Positions 12,301-25,095 of a DNA stretch of 64,000 nucleotides are shown piece after piece. This DNA comes from Schizochytrium sp. TIO01 (taxonomy: Eukaryota > Protista > Bigyra: Labyrinthulomycetes): positions 2,642,747 through 2,706,746 of the forward strand of contig SMSO01000037.1 of assembly GCA_004764695.1 (NCBI GenBank), read 5' to 3'. The position numbers were made by a program, and so were the translations under genes. Every line of letters begins with the position of its first letter. Position 1 is the first letter of the stretch. The notes below the pieces were generated by a model. It did not search any database. It was not told where the DNA came from and saw only the letters and a program-made list of their open reading frames with translations.

Positions 12301-15300
12301 TTTCATTCATCAGCCTTATTAAAAAAGCTCAATCTCTTTTCTTACTTTCAGTAGCCCACTGATGACGCGAAAGCCTCCAGTCAATTCTTTCGCATGCTTG
12401 CCAATCAATGACCATTCTACGACTTGAGTTTGACCAAGCAGAAAAAATCATCGATTCGATCACCGAGTGAGCAATTTCACTCCGAGCGAAGGATATTCGC
12501 CTGATCGGTACCTGAACAAAGACCCGTCGTAGTCGGCCTTTGAGTCCGTTTCTTTCATTCAAAGCTAGTAGATAATGGCTAGCAAATCCTAACAGCAATG
12601 CAAAACGAGGGGGATGTCCTTTGGTGGGGAGTACCTTTTAACCTGCCTTTTCTAGCGCGATGAACATAACTTTATAACAAGCTCAGGCGAGATTGGATGT
12701 CCTCTAAACCTCAACAACGCCAGACAGAACACCAGACACGAATAACTTCCACAGCAGAAATTATATCAAGTTTCCTCTTATAAGCAAATCCTTGTATACA
12801 ACAATAAGACCATTATCGCTCGCTGCAAAATCCACTTTGTAGATATTCATTCCGCCAGGTCACACCATCTCCAAGAGTTCTCTATAGCCCCAACTTTCCT
12901 CTAGATACCTCGATGAAGTCGAAAACACTAGATAATTCACGCGATTTACTCCAAAGTCCAATCGAAATGAACGGCTAGTTTTGTGTTTTCTTCCCTTTCC
13001 AGCACAACGTGACCTTGGCCTTTTCAAGTTGCCGTGGATTTCGGCAGCTCGTACAAGCAAAAATAAAGTAAGACGATGGCCGCAGGCTCTGAGGAAAGAT
13101 TCGATCGACGTGCGAGACCTCCAGCCGGGCTTTGCAGCCTCGCTTGCGGCGGGCGCAGGACACGCTCGACGTCTCAAGCGAGTGGTGACCGGATTTGGAG
13201 CGCACGGAGCCGCGGTTTGCACTCGCTGCGGGTTCCTCCGGTTAGTTCTCCTGTTTGAGTGCTATGCCGTTGTATAGTACTCTCAAAAGGCCAATAGAAA
13301 AACTATCTTCTTTGTAAAAGGAACAAAAACGTTTTCGATCTCGAGGAGAGAGAGGGTAAAGTCATATTATAAGAAATAGAAAGACTTTGAAAAGAAAACT
13401 TTGAAACGCATTTAAACAGAGTTCTCTCCTTCTCTCTTTTTTTTTATTTTTTAGAAGGAAATAAAAAGGAACTTGAGAGATTAGTATATAGGTAGGCAAC
13501 CCCTAGCGGAGCAAAGAAGAGTGTCTGCCTTTTCGAAGAGCCCTGGAGACAGCTTCAAAGAGAGCTTTTCGCCGCATCAGCGATTTACTTTCAAGGTCCA
13601 AAATGGTGATTTCGAAGAGTATCCCGGAAACCCACCCTGAAGGGAGTAGAGAGTAGAGAGCTTGGGCTCCGAGCCTCTCCTTCAAAGAGGTTATTTGAAG
13701 CGAGCACCTACGAAGTTTCAAGATCAGAAAAAGACTATCAAAAAACAAGATACCGTCATCGAACTAGGACCGCTGTCTACTTCTGAACCCATCTCCATTT
13801 GACGAATCCCCTATCTACTACACTGTTTGTTGTTGTCTTGGGTTTAACCCGAATGGCTGCTTTTGCTGGAGTTGAAGAAGCGGCTCTTGGCGTTCAAGAT
13901 CGCCAGAGCCAAGCCCTGTCGAAGCTCGCCGTGGCCTTCAGGACTTGAACGCTCAGGGTAGGAGCCGAGCGTGGCAGCTCTGGTCTGGTGCGAGTCGCAG
14001 CGCATCCCTCCGGAGAAGAAGAACGCGCGAGAGAGAGACAAGGAGTGGACTCGAGGGCCTCAAACCTCGGCCCAAACTTGAAGAAAGAAGAAGGAAAGAA
14101 GGAAAGAAAGCAGAAACAGCCCTTGGAAAAGAAAAATCCTCAGCCGGCCCAAAACTTTTTTCCTTTTTCCTTTTCTTTTGTGACGGAGAAAGAAACATGA
14201 AAAACCCATTTGGGGGAAAAGGAAGTGAGTGTGCTCGAATTCAAAAACTTCTGCAAGAAAACAGAAGAGGGAGGAAGGCACAAAGAATGAAGAGCCAACT
14301 CGAGTGTTTTGCGGCCCATTTCACTGCTCTACGAAGCGAATTGCACTCCAGTGCTTCTGGCGCAGTGCGTTTCTCGCCCGATCGGTCTCCGTGCGGACCG
14401 CTTCGATGCTGGTCCGGCGGATAGGCCTACTTATGTATGGGGGACCTATGAATCGATCGAGAGATAGACAGACAGACAGATAGTTTGATAGATGGATTCA
14501 TCCGCAGTGATTGATGGTTGATGTTTTCATAGCATGGACTTGAGCGAGTGAACTTGGCCAGGAACAAGTGCAAGTGAGCGGGGGCTTTCAGATGGTCTCG
14601 ATAAGGATCGCGCTCCAGCTCGCGCACAAGCCTCATCTTCAGCAGGCTTTGCTATCCTCGGCTCGGATCGCAGCCGACTTTGAACAGAGTGCAATAGCTA
14701 GCTCGAGATGGGAGCCTTCATGGCGATAAACGAGATGGATTGATGAACTTCGAGCTTCGAACTGATTGAACTTGCTCAAAGCGAACCAACTGGAATGCCT
14801 CGGAGATTGAAGTGAGCAAATTGAGCGCGACATAGGATCACCAGATTCCAGAACCAGTTGCTCTCAAGGCACAGCTGCGGCACAACAGCTGCTGCTGCCG
14901 CTGCTGCTGTCGCTCGGGGTTCAAAGACGGTCTGCCGAATCACAAAGCCAGTTGTATCCATCCAGGTTTCAAAATCTGCCCATCCGCCAACGAATCACTG
15001 ATCGTCGTTCTCACAGTTGTTCACGATCCGTGCGAAGACTGCCCAAGCCTTGGAAACCTGTCTCAGCATGGAGTTTCTGAATTCCATTCGATACCTGCCT
15101 GCCAAGCTGGAGCGAAGCGAGGATTCTAACATCGCCAACGTCGTCCACTGCTACTGCATTTTCAAATCTAAAGGTCAAAACAATCGAGGCAATCTCGGCT
15201 GTTCATCTGGGCTTGACTTGATTAACTAGTCTGGGGGCTTCTCCTCGTTCCACGCTGATTGAAGGAGAGCATAGATCGTGCAGGACGCTCAGCGGGGCTG

Positions 15301-16617
15301 CCGGGGACCGCCTCGCCATAGAGGGAAGAGCTCGAGACCGAGATCGGCAGATCGTTGACCCAATTCAAATTTGGTCATCGAAGAAGTCAAATCTCCAAAT
15401 TTGAAAATAGCTTCAACTCCAAGGCAAGAACGAGAAAAGAAGAAGAAGGAAACCAAGTAAGCGAAGTATGTCACTAGGGGAGTACTATCCTAAACATAAG
15501 GGTGACACACTAACCGTGAGAAGCTTTGTTTTTCTTCTTTTTGTTTAGAACTATTTTTTTCTTCAATTTTCTTCTCATCCTCTTCGCTTCTTTCTGGTCT
15601 GACTATAAAATTAATTTATCCTTGCCCTAGGATGCTTCTTTGTACAATTTGACAGATGAAATCACATTCAGGTACTCGCTTCATGCACCCTTGCGGTGGT
15701 GCTCTCTCTATCTCCTTCCAGAGCCAACGAACACCAGAACCGTGAAAAGCTCGACTTCTCTCGAGGATCCGAGCAACGAGATGAAGCATGGTAAATCTTA
15801 ACCTCCCAGCTATCAGACGATCCTTCATGTGGCTTCATTGCAGTCTGTTCTTCCTTTTCTCCGCATGTTTGGTTTCCCCTTCCAGGTCACATGTAATATT
15901 GCCACACTAGAGCACCGCCGACTCCTCAGCGCGTCAAGATTAACATATCAGGCCATTCGCTGACTTCAATGCTTTCCTCGACCGCCCTTTCCGATGCCTG
16001 TGTCCCCATAATCATGGTTTGGTGCAGCACCATGAAAATGAAGCATCGCGGTGCAGGAAATCGAAATCGCGAGAAGAGTTTCTTTTTGGTCTTTCTCTGA
16101 GTTTTTAGGCGAAGCTCCTGTTCCCCAAAGTTTTGTGGCTGCGCCTGCGCAACGATGGCCTTCTATGCTCACCCAACCGAGCAGTCGAAGCTGCCGCGCT
16201 CAGAGAGTTTCTTTATATTTAAAAAGAAAAAGAAAAAAAAGAAAAAGAAGAAGAAGAAGAAGAAGAAGTCAAAAGTCCTTTCTTCGCTCACTCAGCTCAA
16301 CCCCCTCTGGGTTCGGCGCAGTCACTCGCGGCCCGTCCGCAACGCTCCTACCCGCAGCTGAAAGCACTTCTCCTTTCCTTCAAAGCTGCACATCAGCTGT
16401 GGGAGCTTGTTCTACGGAGAGCCCAGCTTTCATCTCTGAGCTACAGCTTTCCCAGCCGCCTTCGCTGCCACATGGATGAACCATGGGTTGCGTAAATAAT
16501 GTCAACTCAAGGGCGATTCAGCGCGCTCGCGGCGCCGTCTTCCTAGTGCTGCGAGCGCACGCCTTCCTCTCTTCACTCTTCATACTTCTTTAGACCTGCC
16601 TTTTCCCGTGGCTTCAC

Positions 16618-16660
16618 ATGAATTAATGCATAATTAATGCATGAATTAATGCATGAATGA
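16618..16660. repeat. Short tandem repeat, unit ~ATGAATTAATGC x3
   Basis: atgaattaatgcataattaatgcatgaattaatgcatgaatga; built from palindromes ATTAAT and ATGCAT. Confidence 0.8.
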
Positions 16661-18052
16661 ATCACTGATTGAAATTAACGCTGTCCACATCAGTGGTCTT
16701 CGAGGATGACACGATTTGTTGACTTTTTAGCACTGGTATGTTAATCTTTCCATCATTTTCTTACTTCTAAAGATGAATAGAATATTGAGAATTATAAATT
16801 GGCCATTGTAGTGCAGTACATTACCTACATATTTCAAAGTGACCTGAAAGAACGGAAATGACCTTTTATTCCATTCATTCATTCATTCATTCATTCATTC
16901 GTACCTGGAAATTGAAAAGCACGCAAGTTTCTCCGAGGTCTCATGATGATCTAAGCAAGCCAACCTGTAAAGTAAATAGAATAAAAGAAAGCAAATTTAA
17001 TTTTCAAAATAAAACGAATGATGATTCTGATCTCGTTCTATGAAAATATTTTAGCTTTGAAAATAAAAATATAAAGGGCACAGTTTCAACATGAAAGTCA
17101 GCGCATCGCTGCGGCTTTTTTTGCCACTGGCGCTGCCGATACCGCTCCATTCATGTGGAAATCGCCAATCGTTCAACAGCTAAACCGATGCCATCGAACT
17201 GTCTTACGGAACAGGACCGTTTTCGCTGTACCGCCATGGCTGCTGAGCGAGAGCAGCAGAGGTTTCGCAGGTCGGTCCTCCTCGTGGCTGTTTTTCTCGT
17301 AGAGGCAACTTGGGAGTGCGCCCTTAATAAGTTCTCTCTTCTCAACCATTGGACCCTACAATGCTAAAAACGAGAATTATTATTTTTATGGGATTCTTTG
17401 TACCTTTCTTTAAAAGATAAAGTTATAACAAATACTTATATTCTCAGTTCCTTATTCCTTCTTCTATAAAAGAAGGTACCTTTAAAATTTCTATCTTTGA
17501 ATGGAAAGAACTTAAAAAAGTAAAATAAAAATTATAAAAAGGTCTTAGTTGTCATATATTTATGAAATTTTGAATTTAACATGCATAGAAAGGCATGTTT
17601 TTGTTTGTTTGTTTGTTTGTTATTGTCGACTTTTTTGAAAAAAAGGAAAGAAAAGAGGTTGTAATCATAATAAAAGGTGGGTGACTGTGTCTCGATCGCA
17701 TCTTTCCATTGAAGTCTCGTGAAGAATATGATTATAACCGTGGCAGATTGCATCTTTACGGCCTTTTGCAATTTGCTATGAAGATCAGGAAGTCTAGATC
17801 ATCAGCCTGCGGTCTGTCTCAAGATCCTGATGCGTCTGTGGCCGTCTGCGAGCTCCATATCCTGTGAAGTAGTTCGGCCCTGACGAACCTCGAGCTATCA
17901 GTAGAAAAAGTACAGAAATACAGAAACAAGTGATTGAATTCTTGAGAACCCAATCTTGAACGAAGCGCCCTCGAGGACACCGTAAAGTCAAATCCTCAAG
18001 CAATCGGCAGTCGTAGTACCTGCTACCACCCGTTATCCCAGGCTCTCTGATG

Positions 18053-18077
18053 AGTTAGTTAGTTAGTTAGTTAGTTA
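18053..18077. repeat. (TTAG)n microsatellite, about 6 units
   Basis: agttagttagttagttagttagtta. Confidence 0.92.
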
Positions 18078-18145
18078 CCTCTGAAGATCCAGGAGAACTT
18101 GAAGAGTCCAAAAGATCTCCAGGTCAACATTTGCATCCATTCTCT

Positions 18146-18256
18146 CAAACAAACAAACAAACAAACAAACAAACAAACAAACAAACAAACAAACAAACAA
18201 ACAAACAAACAAACAAACAAACAAACAAACAAACAAACAAACAAACAAACAAACAA
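18146..18256. repeat. (CAAA)n microsatellite, about 27 perfect units
   Basis: 111-nt perfect tetranucleotide run; explains the QTNK/FVCL spurious ORFs. Confidence 0.98.
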
Positions 18257-20329
18257 GCAGGCAAAGAAGCGGGCAAGCAAGCCTTTTCCTTTCCTTTTTT
18301 TTCAAGGAGACTTGAATAAACCTAACGTTTCGCCGTGACCTAGCCAGGCCCCCTAGCACCGTGCTATTGGCACTAACACCTTTGTCGGATTCTGTTTACT
18401 TTAATTCAAAAATAAATCAACTCTTTGCTTCTTCTTTTATTTTAAAACTGAAAATAGAACTTGAAGGTCTAATAATATACTTCTTGCTTAGTTTCCGCGT
18501 TTGTATACAAATTTTAACATTTGAAAAGAAATTTGAATTGACTCTAGAGTAGACCAGTGATTCTTTTCCTTCTCTTCTCTCTTCTCTTCTCTTCTCTTGA
18601 AGGCCGTCAGCAGTACGTCAGCCACGCGCTGCTCAGTGCCGACGGGTCTAGTCAGCAAGAAAGCGAAACAATTCGAAAGCAATGCCTAGACGAGCCAAGA
18701 CAAGGCCAAGCTCGCCCCCACGGCAGCAGCGGAGACACGCCTCGACCCAGGAAATGTATTACGAATGCTCGGCCAACAGACGGATCCTCTCGCTTTCAGA
18801 GCGAAGAAAATGAATAAGGAAACCTCGAGTTTTGGGTTCGAAAACCTCAAGTTGAAGCTGAGTTCAAGAACTTGAGGAACTCGAGGTTCGAGGAGCTCGC
18901 TGGCAAAACCATCCGCTGGCACCGAAGGGGAGCAGAGGCAAGAGCTGGCTGGCTAGCTCTGGACAGGGAGGATCGTGGACGGGGACGAGAAACGACCCAA
19001 GCCAGGGGCAACGCATTCGTGATTCCTCGGTGATCGATTGGGGCGTGGATTTTTCAAATTTCGATGACCAAACCAGATCCAGGAGCTCCAATCCAAGCTC
19101 CCTCGCGAAACAGGCTGTCGATTGATCGAGAGGTAACGAGCCTTCGCCAACGGTAGAGGCAGCTCAACAGCAGGGGTTTTCTGGTGGTAGATTGGCCCTG
19201 AATTTGAATGAACGCCTCCTCGTGACGATTTTTAGATCTAAAAGAAAGAAAGCCTTCCTGTGCCGCTCGATCGCCAAGGAGGCGGCCTGTAAGGGCCTGC
19301 TCGTGCTTCCGGTCTCTTCCTCGCTCGCTCGCTCGCTCGCAGACTCACAGAGTGCGTGCCTGAGTCGACTCCACGCAGCCCAGCTCCAGCTCCAGCCGCC
19401 CGCCAGCTCATGATAATCGCCGTTGTCATCAATTGATTGATGATTTATCAATCGTGATTCATGACGCTCTGTCTATTCACACGAGCTTGCTCGTCTGGTT
19501 GCTGCTCGCCTGGTTGCTGATCGCTTGCTCGCTTGTTTGTGCTGTCGCAGGCCATCATCGTTTCGTTATTTCACGACGATCTGCAGAAGAGATGCGAGCA
19601 GAGCTCCCGCTCGGTACTCTGGAGAAATCTGCGGTTCGCAGCTCGTCACCACAAGCACACGAAGAAGCGGCGTGTCTTTCGTCCCATGATCGTCATCACC
19701 GTGGATCCCCCAGACCCGACAGACGAGCAGCAATTCCCACTCCCTGGTCACCACTGCCATCTGTTGATTTCTCCTGAGGTGGTAGCTTCCCCGCGAGCGG
19801 CCTTGCCCTCGAACTTACTGTCGTATCCGCCGCCTCAACTCGGCTCTGCGTTAAACCAGAACTTCACGTTGGAGCCACTACTTATCTGCCGCGACAGCAG
19901 TGGTTTCTGCTGTTCAGAAGGTACCGGCGACGCCCTGGATGGAGGCCAAACTTTGGAGGAAGAGCATACATAGTCTTGAAGAGATGAAGAAGTCCTTCGA
20001 TCAGTCGAACTCGATCCAGGGAAACCAAGACTTCTTCGTTTGAAGCTCCCGAGGCAGGATGATGATCTACGCGAGAGCTCACAGCCTCCCTCGGGCAACT
20101 TCGAAGGAAAGCGAGCTCGAATCATCATCATCGCAGCAATCGACGCGGTCAGTCCTTCCTCCTTAGGGTTCATAGCGATCTCGTTCTGACTGATAAGGTG
20201 ACGATGAATTAGGAGCCTTCTGGAGCCCACTTGAACACTTTGAAAGAAAGCAAGAATGCAAGAATGCAAGGATGCATGCAAGAAAGAAAGCAAGAAGCGA
20301 CTTGAGCACGTTGGATACGAGAGATTGAG

Positions 20330-20364
20330 TCGCTCGCTCGCTCGCTCGCTCGCTCACTCGCTCG
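20330..20364. repeat. (TCGC)n microsatellite
   Basis: tcgctcgctcgc... about 8 units with one variant; shorter copy near 19321-19340. Confidence 0.9.
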
Positions 20365-20980
20365 TTCACCCGTTTGCAACCTGGGAGGAGGATGCATTGT
20401 AGCCCCGCTTAAACCTCTGCAGCAACGAAAACGGAGAACATCTCAAGGTATCTTAGATATCTCTCTATCTACTATCTATGTATCTACTACCGGCGTCTGA
20501 GTCGGTGCACTCCTGGATCTCTTCTTTGGCTGTCTTGGCAGCCGAAAGCCTCCTAAATCCACCCTTCATGCAGAGAACTTCGTTACTTACGTCAACATCT
20601 ATGTTCAATCACAACTCAGTAATCACTCAATTAAACTTTCTCGTGGATTGTTTTCCTTTAGTTTGAAGAAATTGATCTCCTTCAAGTACATATATAAAAG
20701 TCAAAACTATAGACTGTATGTAACCCCTGTTGTTTCTTGCAACTTGGAGTTTAACAATGATCTGCAAGCGCCAATGTCCTCTGACTGGTTGCATTTGCAT
20801 GGCATGAGGCCGTCCAAAACGTATCCGCCCCATACCTCCTCGCAGCTTTCCGTCCATCTCGCATACGCACGCCGAGGCACATGCCGAGCCTCGAGAGCGG
20901 CGTGCAATATCTTCTTGACATTCAAGAAACGAAGTTTATGTGGAGCATCATCGTCGCATCATCATCATTCTGCAAGAGCA

Positions 20981-21046
20981 CATACATACATACATACATA
21001 CATACATACATACATACATACATACATACATACATACATACATACA
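20981..21046. repeat. (CATA)n microsatellite, about 16 units
   Basis: Perfect run; explains the HTYI ORFs. Confidence 0.97.
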
Positions 21047-23347
21047 AATTGCTCTCTCTGGTAAAACCTACTGCATCTATCGATGAAAACCACCCACCTT
21101 GAAGCAGCTTTTTCTAAACCTCAACTTTAATCCGAGCTTTCAGCTTTCAGAAGAACGGCAGCCTCCCTCGACTCCCCGTCTGCCGTCACGTTTCTGCACA
21201 ACCCTCCCTCCAAGCGAGGAGGTCGGAGCTTGAGCCGGGAAACCAAAGACGGAGCAGGGCAGAGGAGACCCTTCCTCATCGAGCGAATGAAAGCGTGCAT
21301 CGAGCGAGGGAGCGAAAGAGTCCAAAAGCACGCGGAGAACAACTCGAAACAGTGGCCTTTCTATGCTTTTTAGCCAAGTTGTTTTCATCTCGTTTCTTTC
21401 CTTTTGCAAGGGAAGAGGGAAGGCAGAAGTTTTTACTTTGTCTTACGTTTAATTAAACACGTAAAGCTTTACAGTCAATATATTTACATAGCCAAGAGTT
21501 AATATTTTTAAAGTTTATAAAAGCATTAAGTCATAGCTCGAGCAGGCTAAGACAGAGATGCTATTACAAGTCTATTGCACGAGGTGGTGGGGACTCTTGA
21601 TAAAGGTACCCATCAGAATAATGAGAAGTGCAGCAGTAGTTTGAGAGAGCTTGCATTTACGTAAGAATAAGCGTCGCCAAGCAGAGGCCAAAATAACCAT
21701 TCGAACAGATATTATGTGAGGGTCTGACCCTCGTCCACGTAATGTGAAGGATATATGAGGTAAGCAAGCTTTATGTCCGATAAGATGAACAACACAGAAA
21801 GCTTTCGATTGGAAAACAGTTATTTTCATTACTATTACTTAATAATAATTATTATTATTATTTCTTTTTCCTCGAAGTGGTAACTAACTAGAAAGTAGAA
21901 GAAGACTTTCAAGTCAAGCAAGCTAGGAACAGTAGAATGTGTCCCCACCGAGGGGATCACAGGCGCCTCCTTTGCAGTCTGCGTTCCAAAACCAAATTTC
22001 TTTAACATCTATTATACCCCCTTAAAGACTGGGACTACCCATGAAGCATTGGTGTGTGGTAGGGGTGCCGAAGAAATGCCGGCAAATCTTAATCACGATA
22101 ATGGGCCGCGGGAAACGAGACTCGAAAGGTAAAAAGAAAACATATGCTTTTTTTCTTCTCTCCTTTTTATTCTTTCCCCTTTTCTCTCAACAAAGCAGGG
22201 GGGAAGGTGGGCGACTGACAATTTCTCTTCTGTTGTTGGTGTTTTCACTCTGCTTTGTTTTCAAGTTATTCTATTCTAACCTAAAATGGGTTAGTAAAGT
22301 GATCGAGAGTGAGGAATCAATAATCAAAGTAAATAGTAAAGAACTGAAATTGCATTATCTTGGTCTATCCGTTCTTTTTTCGCTGCGTTGGGTGGGATGA
22401 ACAGAACTATAAAGCATTCATTCGATATTCAAGTCCCCTCGAACAGCACATCATAAACTTGGCAAAGACGAAGCCCAAAGAAGGCAATGCAGCCAACCAT
22501 ACCCATAAGTATGCTTGCTATTCATTCGCGATGGTAGGTTTCTGTCGGCCTAGACAGACGACATTCAAACGACAGTCGCTCTCAGGTACCTGCCTACCTA
22601 CCTCCTACCTTTTCAGAGGACTGTGAACCTGAATAGTATAAAGAAAAGTCACGGAATGAAGAAGCCAAATGCGGGAACCCTAGAACGAGAACGAATGATG
22701 GTCAGAATGAATGAAGGACAGGAGAAACTTGATTGTTTACTTACCTGCTCATCTGCTTACTTGCTCGCTTGCGAATTGCAGAGAAGAAAGAACTCTCAGC
22801 GGGCTTAGATCAGTGGCTGCTAATTGAAACAAAGAAAGAAAGAAAGAAAGAACAAAAGAAGAAGAAGAGGAAAGAACTTTTGAGAGTCTTTCGTTTCGTT
22901 TCTTTCTTTCTTTCTGGCTGGCGTAATGAGATCAATCAATCAATCGACCAATCAATCAATCTCTGGGGTGGTGTGTTCCTTCGTACATGACTAGCGATGT
23001 GGCGGAGAATCGAAGAGTAAGGGACGACGTTCCTCTGGACTCCGGGTACGGCTGACGAGGGAACCGAGCGCCGAATGAGAATGAAATGCCAATGTTTTAT
23101 TTTATTCTTTAAGGCCTTTTTCAAATCAACAAATTCTTTGATTGCTTTTGGCCAACATGAGTCTGTTTAGTTGGATCGAAAGATAAATAGAAAGAACTGG
23201 CAGAAAGCGCTGCTAATAAAGGGCACACAGTCAATATGGTAGTAATACACTAACTCTTAGGTTTCGCCGAGGTTAGCTTTATCGCATTTAAAAAAAAAAA
23301 ATAGATAAGAGAAAAAGAAGTCATGATGGAACGAGATGGAATGATAG

Positions 23348-23369
23348 TTTTTTTTTTTTTTTTTTTTTT
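23348..23369. repeat. Poly(T) tract, 22 nt
   Basis: Uninterrupted T run. Confidence 0.95.
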
Positions 23370-24301
23370 CAAGAGGAACAAAAGTAAAAATACTATTTTC
23401 CCATTCCAAAACACGGCAAGTGCGTGAAGTGGAGCGGGTGGAGGTTGAATGAAAGAGTGAGAAGTGAAAAGGAATGGAAAATGGAAAAAGAAGTGCGAAG
23501 TGAGAGATATGAGAAGTAGGCACCTCTCTTCTCCTCCTTCTTCTTTTTCTTTATGCTAATAACCAACGTCGCTCTGAATAATGAATAAGGCCATCAGTAG
23601 AATTTGTAGGTTCGGGGTACTTACTTAGCTACGCTACCTTCTTTGAGTGATTCATTGATAAATCACTCTTTGTTTAACTTGGTTTGAAAAACTATTTAAT
23701 AATGTAGAGAGATAATACTAATAGCTCCTTGGTGTTTTGAAGTAAGTAAGCCTTCAATAAGCTAAAGAATACCCGCTGGCTGCTGGTGTGTCCAAGCCAT
23801 CGATGGTAAATTGAGCAAGTAAGCAAAGCTATCAAAGAAACCTAAACCCACCTTTTCTTGCGGACAGTAGTTGTCTTTTCGTGGCAGCCAGCAGGGATAA
23901 CAAGAAGAAGTAAAGAGACTCATGTTTTGTGGCGTTCAAAGTTTTCAAGCTCTTTGTATGGCTTCGGTGATAAACAAGGAAACTAACTGTTTGGAAAGAA
24001 ATAAAACAAAACAAATAAGAAATCATCTTCAAATCATTTTCTTTCTCGTTTGTTGTTTTTTTCGTCGTGAAAGAAGGTAGTAAGGAAAAAAAGAAGAATA
24101 TGGATAAAATTACGGAGCAGGAAGAAAACCAAATCGAAAAGTGTCTTGGTTTTCTTTCTTTTACTTTTCTTTTGAAAGTGATTGAGAAACACTTCCTTCT
24201 GTAAATTTGAAAACGAAACAACAATTTCAAATCGCGCCATCGATCGCTCAATTCACTTCACTTCAAGTCCTTCGTGAGCAAAGCATATATCGAACAGCAG
24301 C

Positions 24302-24362
24302 CTGTTGCTGCCGCTGCTGCTGCTACTGCTGCTGCCGCTGTTGCCGTTGCTACTACTGCTGC
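24302..24362. repeat. Imperfect (CTG)n tract near the start of the putative kinase leader
   Basis: ctgttgctgccgctgctgctgctactgctgctgccgctgttg... Confidence 0.85.
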
Positions 24363-24923
24363 CAACCCGTGCCCACCAGCCGACTGCACTGCCTGCTGAC
24401 GCTGAGAGGCCTGCGCCTTGGCTTTCACCACCAACATTGTCTTCGTACAGAGACCAAGGTCCTCTCATCGAAGACGACACTTCGTCATTTAGGCCTTCTT
24501 CTTCGTCTTCTTCTACACTCGGGGCGTGCTCTTTCTAAGCAAGCGCAGTGGTATCGGCCCTCCCGTTCTTTCCTCGAAGCCTTGTGGCCTTCGTTGAGCC
24601 CGTCTCAACTCGAGTTGTCTGTCTCTCGCCGTCCCTTTTGTCGGCAAACAATAGACCAACAACTTCATTCATCTTTGTTGACTTTGACGAAGCTCTCTTC
24701 CTTCTCTTCTTGTGCAGGCTTCTTGCTCGTACGCAAGCTAACATTGCTCGGGCATTCAGCTTGGGCTTGACCGAGTAGAACAAGCTTGCACCAATTCCTT
24801 CTTTTCTTCTTGCATTGCTGTATTTACCGTTCCCAGGTTCTCTCTTTTTCATACATTCTCGTTTGTTCTTCTGCGCTTGTGGAGAAGTAATCAGGGTACT
24901 CGTGGATCGTGGTTGTTTCGTCT

Positions 24924-24947
24924 ATGGAGTCTGTCCCTACTTCGTGA
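24924..24947 (+). promoter_or_regulatory. Candidate uORF (MESVPTS*) in the kinase 5' leader
   Basis: The only + strand ATG between 24103 and 25095; ATG GAG TCT GTC CCT ACT TCG TGA. Confidence 0.45.
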
Positions 24948-25095
24948 AAAGGACGACAACTAGCAAACCCGAAGCGACTTCTTTATAGGTCGAAAAGAGC
25001 AGCTCTCTCTCGTCGTCAAATCAACATTACAATCTGTGGAACTCTTACGTAGAGAACGCCAGAGTATAATACCACACACATTCAAATCTAACATT

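Noticed and set aside
14324-14340. 17-nt match (CTGCTCTACGAAGCGAA) to the channel CDS near 1778
   Set aside because: Does not extend; one such match in 64 kb is plausible by chance.
13945-14424. 159-aa basic ORF, and similar ones at 16051, 44418, 45661 and 48031
   Set aside because: Mostly non-ATG starts, low-complexity purine or pyrimidine tracts, no domain motifs.
18071-18359. ORFs with QTNK/FVCL repeats (also HTYI at 20648-21102 and poly-K at 4629-4841)
   Set aside because: They are translations of stop-free microsatellites and homopolymers.
3007-24250. Endogenous virus or intact transposon in the desert
   Set aside because: No dense ORF array, no RT, integrase, transposase or capsid motifs, and no LTRs or terminal inverted repeats seen by eye.
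24207-24770. 187-aa Cys-rich ORF
   Set aside because: TTG start, no Met, Cys run comes from the CTG repeat; better explained as the kinase 5' leader.
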